Shown here: piece by piece, positions 1-8,796 of the stretch
Numbering within the stretch: the stretch's first letter is position 1
Layout: each line of letters begins with the position of its first letter
Made by a program: the position numbers and the translations under genes
Assembly (NCBI GenBank): GCA_024710705.1
Contig: JANJUF010000056.1
Location: 10,582-74,581 of the forward strand
Direction: 5' to 3'
DNA from: Gemmatimonadaceae bacterium
GTDB taxonomy: Bacteria > Gemmatimonadota > Gemmatimonadetes > Gemmatimonadales > Gemmatimonadaceae
Length of the DNA: 64,000 nucleotides
Notes under the pieces: model-generated
The model's input: only the letters and a program-made list of their open reading frames with translations
What the model was told of the DNA's origin: nothing
Database searches by the model: none

Positions 1-1716
1 GGGGAGTCGCTGGCCGAGCGACTGCATCGCGAGGCGCGCCCGCCGGTGGAGATGGTGCGCCGCGTGCTGCGCGAGGTCTGCGAGGCGCTGGAGTACGCCC
101 ATCGCGAGGGCGTGGTGCATCGCGACATCAAGCCCGACAATATCCTGCTCGAGACGAGCACCGGACGCGCGATGGTCACCGACTTTGGGATCGCTCGCGC
201 TGCCGAAGGGGACGAGCGGCTCACGGCCACCGGCATCGCCGTCGGCACGCCCTCGTACATGAGCCCCGAGCAGGCCCTGGGCGAGCGCGAGGTGGATGGC
301 CGTGCCGACCTCTACGCGCTCGGGGTGGTGGGCTACCAGATGCTGGCGGGCGAGCTCCCCTTCCAGGCGTCGAACGCGCCGGCGATGCTGATGAAGCAGA
401 TCAGCGAACGGCCGCGCCCCCTCGTGCAGATGCGCGCCGATGCGCCGGCGAATCTCCTGCATGCCGTGGAGCGCGCGCTGGCGAAGGGGCGCGAGGAGCG
501 CTGGCCCGATGCGGCGCAGTTTCGCGCGGCCTTGGCGGAGGATGCGACGCTGCCGGCGTCCCCACGCCGGAGTCGCGCGTCGGGCGTGCAGGTGCAGGTG
601 GCGCTGCCGCCAGAGCCCGAGCCGGTCGTGGATCCGATTGACGACCTGCACCAGCGGACGCCCCTGCCGGGGCCGGCCTTCCCGAAGTTGCCGAAGGACT
701 GGATGTCGGACCCCACCGCGCGCGAGGACGGCAAGGAAGCGCTGCGCGTGTGGCGCGAAGAGGCGCGGCGCTGGCGCGAGCAGGTGCGCGGGCAGGCGCG
801 TCCGCAGCGCGAGGAACTGCGCGTGGCGGCCAAGCGGTTGAGCCAGATGCAGTTCCTCCAGCGTACGCCGGAAGAGCGGATCGCGTCGGTGCGCCGCCGC
901 ATCGGCGCCGGCGTGGTGACGGTGGGGATGCTCGCGTTCATCAATGCCATCACGTCGCCGCAGTTTCCCTGGGTGCTCTTTCCGGCCATCGGGATCGGCT
1001 ACGGGATCGTCCGCCGGTTGACCGATCTCTGGGCGGACGGCATCACGCTGCGTGACGTCTTCCGGCGCCCGGCGCGTTCGGCGGTGCGCGGGGACGAGCA
1101 GCCCCTGCGGCGTCTCGAGGCGAAGCTGCCGGCCCCGCCCGCGCAGAGCGTGGCCGAGGCCGTGCTCGAGGCGGTGCCGCGAGACGTGCTCGACGGGCCC
1201 CACGGCGCTGCCGTGCGCGAGGCCTACGAGGCGCGGGCGCGCATTCGCAGCGTGCTGGCGCGGCTGCCGGAGCAGGAGCGGCAGATGCTTCCGGAGATCG
1301 AGCCCACCGTGGAGGCACTGGTGGAGCGCGTGCGCACGCTGGCCATCGCCCTGCACGCATTGGATACGGATGCGTCGCCCGACGCCATCGTGCGGCTCGA
1401 GATGCGCATCGCACAGACCGAGGCGCTGGCGGCGGACGCGCCCGAGCGGACACGGCGGCTGGAGCTGCTGCTGCGCCAACGGTCCACACTCCTGGACCTC
1501 GCCGAGCGCCGTGCGACGCTGGCGCGCCAGTTGGAACAGGCGGTGTTGGTGCTCGAGACGATGAAGCTCGATCTCACCAAGATGCGCAGTTCCGGCGTGG
1601 CGTCGCGGCTGGACGAAGGGCCGCGCACCGAGGAACTCCGGGCCATCGCCCGTGATGTGGAGCGCGTGGCCGAGGCGGTGGACGAGGCGCGGCTAGACCG
1701 GGATTCGCGTCAGTAG
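1..1716 (+). CDS. Ser/Thr protein kinase (Hanks type) with 2TM segment and C-terminal helical/coiled-coil region; 5'-truncated by window edge
   Basis: Frame open from base 1 (GESLAERL...); HRDIKPDN, DFGIA, GTPSYMSPEQ motifs; hydrophobic MLAFINAITSPQFPWVLFPAIGIG segment. Confidence 0.9.
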   Translation, partial: GESLAERLHREARPPVEMVRRVLREVCEALEYAHREGVVHRDIKPDNILLETSTGRAMVTDFGIARAAEGDERLTATGIAVGTPSYMSPEQALGEREVDGRADLYALGVVGYQMLAGELPFQASNAPAMLMKQISERPRPLVQMRADAPANLLHAVERALAKGREERWPDAAQFRAALAEDATLPASPRRSRASGVQVQVALPPEPEPVVDPIDDLHQRTPLPGPAFPKLPKDWMSDPTAREDGKEALRVWREEARRWREQVRGQARPQREELRVAAKRLSQMQFLQRTPEERIASVRRRIGAGVVTVGMLAFINAITSPQFPWVLFPAIGIGYGIVRRLTDLWADGITLRDVFRRPARSAVRGDEQPLRRLEAKLPAPPAQSVAEAVLEAVPRDVLDGPHGAAVREAYEARARIRSVLARLPEQERQMLPEIEPTVEALVERVRTLAIALHALDTDASPDAIVRLEMRIAQTEALAADAPERTRRLELLLRQRSTLLDLAERRATLARQLEQAVLVLETMKLDLTKMRSSGVASRLDEGPRTEELRAIARDVERVAEAVDEARLDRDSRQ

Positions 1717-2523
1717 CTGCTCAAGCGCCCGCCGGAGTTGGTCGGGCGAATCCTCGGGGACGAAGTGCGCCGCGCCGGGAATCACCGTCAGCGTCGCTCC
1801 CGGGATGGCCTGCCGGAGGCGCTCGCCGAGCGCGCGCGGATAGAATGGATCCTCGGCTCCCCAGATCACCGCCGCGGGCACGTGGAGGTCGCCGAGCCGA
1901 GCCGACCACCGCGCGGTGTCGCAGGCGCCAAGGGCGCGCAGGTGTGCGGCCAGGGCGTCGCGGCCGCTGGTGGTGGTGAAGTGGCGCAGGCAGGTGTCGA
2001 GCGTGAGGCGACTGCGCGAGATGTCGGCGAAGCCGCGGCGGACCGAGCCGTGCACGAAGCCAGCCAACAGGGTGGGTGGCGTGACGCGCGTGAGGGGACC
2101 GAGCGCGCGCGCGAAGCGCACCATGCCGCGAGGTCGCGCGCCGAAGGCCGCACTGCTCACGAGGGCAAGCGCTGACACGCGCTCGGGCCACTGCACCGCG
2201 AAGGCCTGCGCGACGCCACCCCCCATCCCGTGGCCGACGAGGATGGCGCGCTCCACGCCGAGGTCGTCGAGCAAGGCGCGCACTGCGTCGGCGTGCGCGC
2301 CGCAACTGTGGGCACCGGCGCGCGGAGGATCGCTGCGCCCGAAGCCCGGCAAGTCGGCGATGATGAGGCGGTGTCCCGGCGCGAAATCCGGCACCAGCGC
2401 GTGCCAAAGTCTCGACGATGTCGGGAATCCGTGCAGCAACACGACGGGATCTCCGGCCCCGCGGGTGCCGGCAGCGTAGTAGTACAGGCGTGCACCGGCC
2501 ACGTCCACGAATTCACCGCGCAT
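1693..2523 (-). CDS. Alpha/beta fold hydrolase
   Basis: LHGFPTS, DLPGFGRS, GHGMGG elbow (Gly at the nucleophile position), GAED and AAHF motifs; start placed at ATG 2523 (MRGEFVDV). Confidence 0.85.
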   Translation of the reverse strand: MRGEFVDVAGARLYYYAAGTRGAGDPVVLLHGFPTSSRLWHALVPDFAPGHRLIIADLPGFGRSDPPRAGAHSCGAHADAVRALLDDLGVERAILVGHGMGGGVAQAFAVQWPERVSALALVSSAAFGARPRGMVRFARALGPLTRVTPPTLLAGFVHGSVRRGFADISRSRLTLDTCLRHFTTTSGRDALAAHLRALGACDTARWSARLGDLHVPAAVIWGAEDPFYPRALGERLRQAIPGATLTVIPGAAHFVPEDSPDQLRRALEQLLTRIPV

Positions 2524-2638
2524 CACGGCAATCTGGCGGATTGCCCGCAAAATGGTATCCTTTAGGGTCCCTGCAGTGTAGAGGGAACTCCAGGCCGCAC
2601 ATGCTGTTGTCCCATAAGGCGTTAGCCACGGATATCCG

Positions 2639-3778
2639 TTGACGATCCCGATCATCTCCCCGACGTCGATTTTTGCCCCGCCCCCGCCCCCCCAGGCGGA
2701 ACTCTCGTTCCCGATCGGTTGGCTCCTTGAGCACGCGGCACCACCGATTCAGTATCGCGCCATCATCGAGGTAGCAAAGGCGGGTCACCAAGTCACTCCG
2801 CACATCAACAAGCTCCCGCTGACCTACCGGCCGGCCCTCGAGCTTGCCGTGCAGTCCGACGTCAACGGCGTATGGAACGGCTCGATGCTTTCGCTGCCGT
2901 CCTCGCGCGCCGAGCACTTCGAAGGCATCGGGACCATCCCGGCGGTCCGCCGCATGCTCGAATACGGCTGGGACAAGGACGCCCCGCCGCTCGTGCACAC
3001 CAAGCGCGTGCTCTTCCGGCTCCTCGCCGAGGACAGCGATCCGACGCAACTCTACGAGCTGCGCCCCACCAAGGCCAAGGTCGAGGAGGAGTTCATCCTC
3101 GCGCAGCGGCAGTTGCTGCGCGAAGCCGCCGCCGCCGCCCTCGCCTCCATGGGCTTCGAAGGCGATCCGCGACTCCGCGGCGTAGCCCATCGCGCCATCG
3201 AGCGCATGGCGGAGTTTCTCCGCTCGCCCTTGGCCGAGAAACCGTGGATCCGCATCGGCAACCGGCAGGTGCTGCATCCCGAGGCCGCGCCGCCGAGCAT
3301 TTACCTCCTCCACCTCATTGCCCACATGCCGCTCTTCCAGAGCGAGCATTACGAGGCGATGGAACTGCTCTACGCCCATCTCTCGCGCCCCCTGCCACGC
3401 CAGGATTCGGTGCAGCAGATCGGCACGCAGCTGCTGGCGCAGCCCTACGCCGTGCTCGGCGACCAGTTGCCGCACCGCAACGCCGTGGAGGACGACGTCC
3501 CGAAGGCGCTGGCCTGGCTCGAGCTGATGGCGCGCCTCGGCTTCCTGCGCCGCAACGAGACGTGGACGAAGATGTACGAGCGCTTCATTGACGATTGCGG
3601 ACGCGATGGCGTGTGGCACCCACACAAGGGCATGGCGATGCCGAAGAGCTCGGATCCCTACGTGTGGCCGATGTTCCCGCTCGAGGTCGCCCACGGCGGC
3701 GAGGAGCGCTGGTGCGACGTGACGTTCCGGATCGGCCTCATCGCGCGGCTGTCGGGGCGTCCCGTCACGCTGATTTGA
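2639..3778 (+). CDS. Conserved hypothetical protein, probably all-helical
   Basis: 379-aa ORF with host-like codon usage; stop overlaps the next TTG start; start position uncertain. Confidence 0.7.
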   Translation: MTIPIISPTSIFAPPPPPQAELSFPIGWLLEHAAPPIQYRAIIEVAKAGHQVTPHINKLPLTYRPALELAVQSDVNGVWNGSMLSLPSSRAEHFEGIGTIPAVRRMLEYGWDKDAPPLVHTKRVLFRLLAEDSDPTQLYELRPTKAKVEEEFILAQRQLLREAAAAALASMGFEGDPRLRGVAHRAIERMAEFLRSPLAEKPWIRIGNRQVLHPEAAPPSIYLLHLIAHMPLFQSEHYEAMELLYAHLSRPLPRQDSVQQIGTQLLAQPYAVLGDQLPHRNAVEDDVPKALAWLELMARLGFLRRNETWTKMYERFIDDCGRDGVWHPHKGMAMPKSSDPYVWPMFPLEVAHGGEERWCDVTFRIGLIARLSGRPVTLI

Positions 3779-4650
3779 CCACGCGGCTTCCCCCGTCGGA
3801 GTGGTTCCCGGCGGGGGTGGCGGGCATCACCGTCCGCCGCGTCACCACGGCCTCGGGACTCACGCTCCGGGTGCTCGAGGCCGGCCCCGCCGATGGGTCG
3901 GTGGTGTTGCTCGTGCACGGCTGGGCCGTCACCGCGTATCTCTGGCGGCACAACATCCTGCCGCTCGCGGCGGCCGGGTATCGCGTCTACGCGATTGACC
4001 TGCCCGGGCACGGCCTCTCGGATACGCCGTCCACGCCGGGGACGTACACGGTGCGGGGCTTCACGCGGCACCTACTCGAGCTGCTCGATGCGCTGGGCGT
4101 GCAGCGCGCGGCCGTCTGCGCACAGTCAATGGGCGGGAAGATCGCCGTCCAGGCGGCGCTCGACGCCCCGGAGCGCATCCGGCGGCTGACACTCTTCGGC
4201 GCGGTGGGCTTCGGGCTCATTCCGCCGTGGCAGTCGCTCTCGCCGATGCTGCCCGCGCTCCCGGGCGAATGGCTGTCGAAGCTGATTCCCCGCGAGGTGG
4301 TGGCCTTCGTGCAGCATCGCGTGTACGGCAAGCTCGGCTTCTTCACCGAGCGGGACGTGGACGAGTACTGGGCGCCGACGCAGTTCCCGGGCGCGGTACG
4401 GGCGGCGTTCCAGATGCTGCAGGAGTTCCACTGGGGACTCTGGGACGAGGCCACCCTGCGGCGATTGCCGATGCCGACGCACGTGGTGTTCGGCACCCGC
4501 GACCGTACCGTGCGCCCGCGAGACGCCAAGCGCCTGGCGGCGGCGCTCCCGAATGGCCGACTGACCTGGATCGAGGATGGCGGGCACGTGGTGATGGAGG
4601 AGGTGCCCGAACGGGTGAATGCGCTGATGCTCGAAGACCTGCGCGAGTAG
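3775..4650 (+). CDS. Alpha/beta fold hydrolase
   Basis: VHGW, DLPGHGLSD, AQSMGG nucleophile elbow, GTRD, GGH; TTG 3775 overlaps upstream TGA. Confidence 0.88.
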   Translation: MTTRLPPSEWFPAGVAGITVRRVTTASGLTLRVLEAGPADGSVVLLVHGWAVTAYLWRHNILPLAAAGYRVYAIDLPGHGLSDTPSTPGTYTVRGFTRHLLELLDALGVQRAAVCAQSMGGKIAVQAALDAPERIRRLTLFGAVGFGLIPPWQSLSPMLPALPGEWLSKLIPREVVAFVQHRVYGKLGFFTERDVDEYWAPTQFPGAVRAAFQMLQEFHWGLWDEATLRRLPMPTHVVFGTRDRTVRPRDAKRLAAALPNGRLTWIEDGGHVVMEEVPERVNALMLEDLRE

Positions 4651-4659
4651 GTTTAGGGG

Positions 4660-5940
4660 ATGACGACGAAGAAGAAAGCCGCGGCGAAGCCCGCGAAGGC
4701 CGCGAAGGCCGCGAAGGGGGCGAAGGGGGCGAAGCGCAAGGCAACGGAGGTCCAGGGTCTCGACCCGGCGGAGGTGAAGTCACTCGCCGAGCAGGAAGCG
4801 GCCACGGTGGGCATCACCTTCGCCGAGCTCGGCCTCAGTGAGAAGATGCTCGAGTCGCTGCGCCGCGCCGGCTACAAGCATCCCACGCCGATCCAGCAGC
4901 AGGCCGTGCCGCTGGCGCTCAAGGGGCGCGACCTGATGGGCCTCGCGCAGACGGGCACGGGCAAGACGGCTGCCTTCACGATTCCCATCATCGAGCGGCT
5001 GATGGGCGGCCCGAAGCGCACCCGGGCGCTGGTGCTCACCCCCACGCGTGAGCTCTGCCAACAGGTGGAGGCCAGCGTGCGGAAGTACGGTGAGGGGACC
5101 GGCCTCGACGTGATCTCGGTGTATGGCGGCGTGGGCTACGAGCCGCAGGTGGCGGCGCTGCGTGATGGCGTGGACATCATCGTCGCGACGCCGGGGCGGT
5201 TGATCGACCACTTGGAGAAGCAGAATGTGGTCTTCGACGACATCGAGGTGCTGGTGCTCGACGAAGCCGACCGCATGCTCGACATGGGCTTTGCGCCGCA
5301 GATCAACAAGATCGTCGCCGAGATCCATCCGTATCGGCAGACCCTCCTCTTCTCGGCGACGATGCCGCCGGAAGTGGAGGCGTTGGCGCGGAAGTACCTG
5401 CGCAAGCCGGTGGTGGTGCAGGTGGGGCGGCGCTCGCAGGCCGCGGCCACCGTGCGCCACTTCGTGTACCCCGTGCCGGGCCACCGGAAGACGGCCTTGC
5501 TCACGCACCTCCTCGGCGAGATGGCCGCCGATGATTCGATCCTCGTGTTCAGCCGCACCAAGCATGGCGCCGACCGCGTGGTGCGCCATCTTGAGGAGAA
5601 GGGCGTGAACGCCGACGCCCTGCACGCCGACAAGTCGCAGTCACAGCGCGAGCAGGCGTTGGCCCGCTTCAAGGCCGGCAAGGTGCGTGTGTTCGTGGCC
5701 ACCGACATCGCCCAGCGCGGACTCGACATCTCGGGCATCACGCACGTGGTGAACTACGACGTGCCGACCCAGGCCGAGGACTACGTGCACCGCATCGGGC
5801 GCACGGGACGCGCGGCGAAGGAAGGCGACGCGTTCACGTTCATGAGCACGGAAGAGATCGGGATGGTGAGGACGATAGAGCGCGTGATTGGGCAGGAGAT
5901 CCCGAGGATCTCAGTTCCCGGGTTCGATTTTGGGACCTGA
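4660..5940 (+). CDS. DEAD-box ATP-dependent RNA helicase (RhlE-like)
   Basis: Q motif PTPIQ, AQTGTGKT, PTREL, TPGRL, DEAD, SAT, HRIGRTGR. Confidence 0.95.
   Translation: MTTKKKAAAKPAKAAKAAKGAKGAKRKATEVQGLDPAEVKSLAEQEAATVGITFAELGLSEKMLESLRRAGYKHPTPIQQQAVPLALKGRDLMGLAQTGTGKTAAFTIPIIERLMGGPKRTRALVLTPTRELCQQVEASVRKYGEGTGLDVISVYGGVGYEPQVAALRDGVDIIVATPGRLIDHLEKQNVVFDDIEVLVLDEADRMLDMGFAPQINKIVAEIHPYRQTLLFSATMPPEVEALARKYLRKPVVVQVGRRSQAAATVRHFVYPVPGHRKTALLTHLLGEMAADDSILVFSRTKHGADRVVRHLEEKGVNADALHADKSQSQREQALARFKAGKVRVFVATDIAQRGLDISGITHVVNYDVPTQAEDYVHRIGRTGRAAKEGDAFTFMSTEEIGMVRTIERVIGQEIPRISVPGFDFGT
4684..4734 (+). repeat. Imperfect 9-bp tandem repeat (GCGAAGGCC/GCGAAGGGG) encoding a Lys/Ala-rich N-terminal tail
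   Basis: gcgaagccc gcgaaggcc gcgaaggcc gcgaagggg gcgaagggg gcgaag. Confidence 0.75.
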
Positions 5941-5943
5941 GCG

Positions 5944-6018
5944 CTAGAGAGTGGACGGAAGACGGAAGGAAACCGCAGTGACCTTCCCTCTTCCGTCTTC
6001 CGTCTTGTCTCTCCCTAG
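5944..6018. repeat. GACGGAA/TTCCGTC heptamer inverted-repeat hairpin between convergent genes (REP-like, possible bidirectional terminator)
   Basis: 2x GACGGAA at 5954-5967 and 2x TTCCGTC at 5991-6004, plus outer CTAGAGAG/CTCTCCCTAG pairing. Confidence 0.8.
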
Positions 6019-6452
6019 TAGCTTCTTCGCGCGCGGCCAAGCCGGCTCACCGTGACCGTCTCCGCCCGCTGTCCCAGGCTCACGATGATCGTCGAGTTTG
6101 CGACTCCAAACCCCATCCCGTTCGGCGAGTAGGTGATGGTGTCGCGCGAGGCGCGGAGGGCGACGTGATGGAGCCTGCGCAGGTCGCGGCGGAGGAGGGT
6201 GTCGCCGCCGGCTTCGATGTGCAAAGTGCTGCGGGTTGGGTCGACGATGAGCCGGGCCTGCTCGCCGCGACGGAGGGCAGCGGCCCGCGTGAGCGTCACG
6301 GCACCGGACACCTCGTGCGCGGCCTGCCGGATGCGGATGCCATCGAGCACCCACCGGGTGCGCGGGACGGCGACGCCAGCGGTGAGGGCCACCAAGGTGC
6401 AGACCACCAACAGTTCGGCGAGGGTGACGCCGGGGCGTGGGGTGACGGGCAC
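6015..6452 (-). CDS. Prepilin-type N-terminal cleavage protein (GspH/FimT-like pseudopilin)
   Basis: G|VTLAELLVV class III signal followed by hydrophobic helix; C-terminal VSRLGRAR. Confidence 0.85.
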   Translation of the reverse strand: MPVTPRPGVTLAELLVVCTLVALTAGVAVPRTRWVLDGIRIRQAAHEVSGAVTLTRAAALRRGEQARLIVDPTRSTLHIEAGGDTLLRRDLRRLHHVALRASRDTITYSPNGMGFGVANSTIIVSLGQRAETVTVSRLGRARRSY

Positions 6453-6552
6453 GGAAGCTCCTGGCTCGGGTCGCCGCGAGGATGGCTAGATTCGGCTAGG
6501 GCAGGGACATCCTCCCCCCGCCGCCATCACCCGATCCACCCGGAGCCCTCCG

Positions 6553-6816
6553 ATGCGCCGTGGTCCCCGTCTCACCCTCATCACCGCCATCGCCCTCGTC
6601 GCAACGCTCGCCGGCGGCACTGCCTGCTACCAGGACCCCGAAGAACTGATCGCCCAGCAGCAGCTCATGATGGATATGTCGGATGCCATCAACGAGATCG
6701 GCCTGCAGATCGCCGACCTGAACGCGGCGGTGGACTCGCTGAAGGGCGTGGTGGCGAAACAAGACACCGCGATATACAGGATGGCGAACGTGACTGGAGT
6801 CCCGTATGTGAGATGA
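6553..6816 (+). CDS. Small putative lipoprotein with coiled coil
   Basis: Basic N-terminus, hydrophobic stretch, GTA-C lipobox-like site, heptad-rich body; GGAG upstream. Confidence 0.7.
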   Translation: MRRGPRLTLITAIALVATLAGGTACYQDPEELIAQQQLMMDMSDAINEIGLQIADLNAAVDSLKGVVAKQDTAIYRMANVTGVPYVR

Positions 6817-6924
6817 GACGGAAGACGGAAGACGGAAGGAGTTGTCGCCCCCGCATCGCGGTGGCACCTTTCTTCCGTCTTCCGTCTTCCGTCTTCCGTC
6901 TTCCGTCTTCCGTCTTCCGTCTCA
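6814..6924. repeat. GACGGAA x3 / TTCCGTC x7 heptamer inverted-repeat element
   Basis: GACGGAA at 6817-6837; seven perfect TTCCGTC at 6873-6921; outer TGAGACGG/CCGTCTCA. Confidence 0.9.
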
Positions 6925-6938
6925 AGTCCAGCAACCAC

Positions 6939-7175
6939 ATGAAGCTTGATATCGAGTATTGCACCGTTTGAAACTACGAACCCCGAGCCGTCAGTTTGGC
7001 GGCTGCGCTTCGTGAATCCTTCCCCGCCGCGGACGTCACGCTCACGTCGTCGGGGGGCGGTGTGTTCGAGGTTCGGCTCGACGATGTGCTGGTGTTCTCC
7101 AAGAAGCAGCTCGGGCGCCACGCGCAGCCGGGAGAGATTCTCGCGCTGCTGCGGGCCGCGATGACCAAGGAATGA
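6939..7175 (+). CDS. Rdx/SelT-SelW-SelH family selenoprotein (CxxU), 78 aa, UGA at 6969-6971 read as Sec
   Basis: MKLDIEYCTV-U-NYEPRAVSLA...SGGGVFEVRLDDVLVFSKKQLGRH; family motifs continue in frame past the UGA; SECIS-like hairpin follows. Confidence 0.88.
6986..7004 (+). promoter_or_regulatory. Putative bacterial SECIS element
   Basis: AGCCGUCA-GUU-UGGCGGCU 8-bp stem (one U-G pair); loop starts with G, 22 nt after the UGA. Confidence 0.7.
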
Positions 7176-7203
7176 TGTCCCCCACCATTTTCCCGTAGGC
7201 CGC

Positions 7204-8286
7204 TTGCGCATCGCGATTTCCACCGGCGGCGGTGACGCGCCTGGACTCAATGCCGTCATCCGTGCCGCCACGCTCTCGGCCATCGGGCGCGGATGGACGG
7301 TACTCGGCATCAAGCGCGGCTATGCCGGACTGCTCGGCGAGGACGAAGTTGTCCCCCTCACCGCCGAGAGCGTGCGCGGCATCGCCCACCTCGGCGGGAC
7401 GATCCTCCGTACCACCAATCGCGGGAATCCCTTCGGCTTCCCTGTGCAGCAGAAGGACGGCTCGTGGAAGGAAGTGGACCGGTCGGGCGAGCTCATCGAG
7501 AACGCACGCAATCTCGGTATCCAGGCCCTGATCTCCATCGGGGGCGATGGGTCGCTGGCGATCGCGCAGCGACTGGTGGAGAAGGGCATGCGCATCGTGG
7601 GCGTGCCGAAGACCATCGACAACGACGTCTCCGGGACCGTCACGACCTTTGGCTTCGACACGGCGGTCACGACGGCCATCGAGGCGATCGACAAACTGCA
7701 TACCACGGCCGAGAGCCACGATCGCGTGATGGTGCTCGAGGTCATGGGGCGCGACGCGGGCTTCATCGCCCTGCATTCCGGTGTGTCGGGCACCGCCGAC
7801 GTGATTCTCATCCCCGAGATTCCGTGGAAGCTCGAGCACGTGTGCGAGGCGGTGATGGAGCGCGATCGCAGCGGGCGGAAGTTTGCGATCATCGTCGTGG
7901 CGGAAGGGGCCGCCGAACAGGGTGGCGTGGCGTCCATCATCGGCGAATCCATGCCGGGGCAGAACCGTCGGGTGGGCGGGATCGCCCAGCGGCTGGCCAA
8001 GTCCATCCAGGACCGCACGGGCAAGGAATGTCGGTCGATGGTGCTCGGCCACCTGCAGCGCGGCGGGATGCCCACGGGGTATGATCGGTTGCTGGCCACG
8101 CGCTTCGGTGGTGCGGCGACGCAGGCGGTGGCCGACGGCAAGTGGGGCCATATGGTGGCCCTGCAGACGCCGCACATCGTGACGGTGCCGATCACCGAGG
8201 CGCTGGCGGTGGCGAAGCGCGTGGATCCGGACCACGATGTGGTGCAGACGGCTCGCCGGATCGGCATCAGTTTCGGGGACCGATGA
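7204..8286 (+). CDS. pfkA: 6-phosphofructokinase
   Basis: TGGGDAPGLNA, GGTILRT, GGDGS, PKTIDND, EVMGR, LGHLQRGG. Confidence 0.93.
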   Translation: MRIAISTGGGDAPGLNAVIRAATLSAIGRGWTVLGIKRGYAGLLGEDEVVPLTAESVRGIAHLGGTILRTTNRGNPFGFPVQQKDGSWKEVDRSGELIENARNLGIQALISIGGDGSLAIAQRLVEKGMRIVGVPKTIDNDVSGTVTTFGFDTAVTTAIEAIDKLHTTAESHDRVMVLEVMGRDAGFIALHSGVSGTADVILIPEIPWKLEHVCEAVMERDRSGRKFAIIVVAEGAAEQGGVASIIGESMPGQNRRVGGIAQRLAKSIQDRTGKECRSMVLGHLQRGGMPTGYDRLLATRFGGAATQAVADGKWGHMVALQTPHIVTVPITEALAVAKRVDPDHDVVQTARRIGISFGDR

Positions 8287-8317
8287 ACGCGCCCGCGGGT
8301 ATGAGGACATCCCTCCA

Positions 8318-8782
8318 ATGATTCCTTCCACGCGCTCTTTTCCCGGCCTGTTTGTGGTCGCGTCGCTCTCGGTCGTCCTGGTCTCGCCATTGGCGAGGCC
8401 TTTGGCCGCGCAGGGGCGTCGTGCGCCGACACAACCCGCGTTGCCAGCGCACTTGATGCCGCCGGCCGGCAAGTGCCGGATCTGGATGGAAGGCGTGCCG
8501 CCGGCGCAGCAGCCCGCGCCCACCGATTGCCAGACGGCGCTGCGGCAGAAGCCGTCCAATGGCACGGTGATCTTCGGCCCGACGGTGCGGCAGGAGGCGG
8601 CGCGCGGATTCCGTCCAACCGCACGTCCGGCATCGCGCGATACGGTGAAGCGTGACACCACGCCGCCGCGCGCGACGCCGGCGCGCGCGCCGACGCCGAC
8701 CAAGGCGACGTCCCGTCGCGATACGACGCGTCCGCCGGTGCGTCGTCCCGCGCGACCCGACTCCTCGGGGCGGCCGTCGTAG
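8318..8782 (+). CDS. Secreted Pro-rich hypothetical protein
   Basis: GAGGA SD; signal peptide ending LAA-Q; PPAGKCRIW..GVPPAQQPAPTDC motif; low-complexity basic tail. Confidence 0.65.
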   Translation: MIPSTRSFPGLFVVASLSVVLVSPLARPLAAQGRRAPTQPALPAHLMPPAGKCRIWMEGVPPAQQPAPTDCQTALRQKPSNGTVIFGPTVRQEAARGFRPTARPASRDTVKRDTTPPRATPARAPTPTKATSRRDTTRPPVRRPARPDSSGRPS

Positions 8783-8796
8783 GCCCTTCCGCTCCC

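Noticed and set aside
6814-6924. Repeats as a CRISPR array
   Set aside because: Contiguous 7-bp units with no spacers and no cas genes
6165-6971. 268-aa ORF containing FRLPSSV repeats
   Set aside because: Translation of the heptamer DNA repeat; only its last 10 codons belong to the selenoprotein
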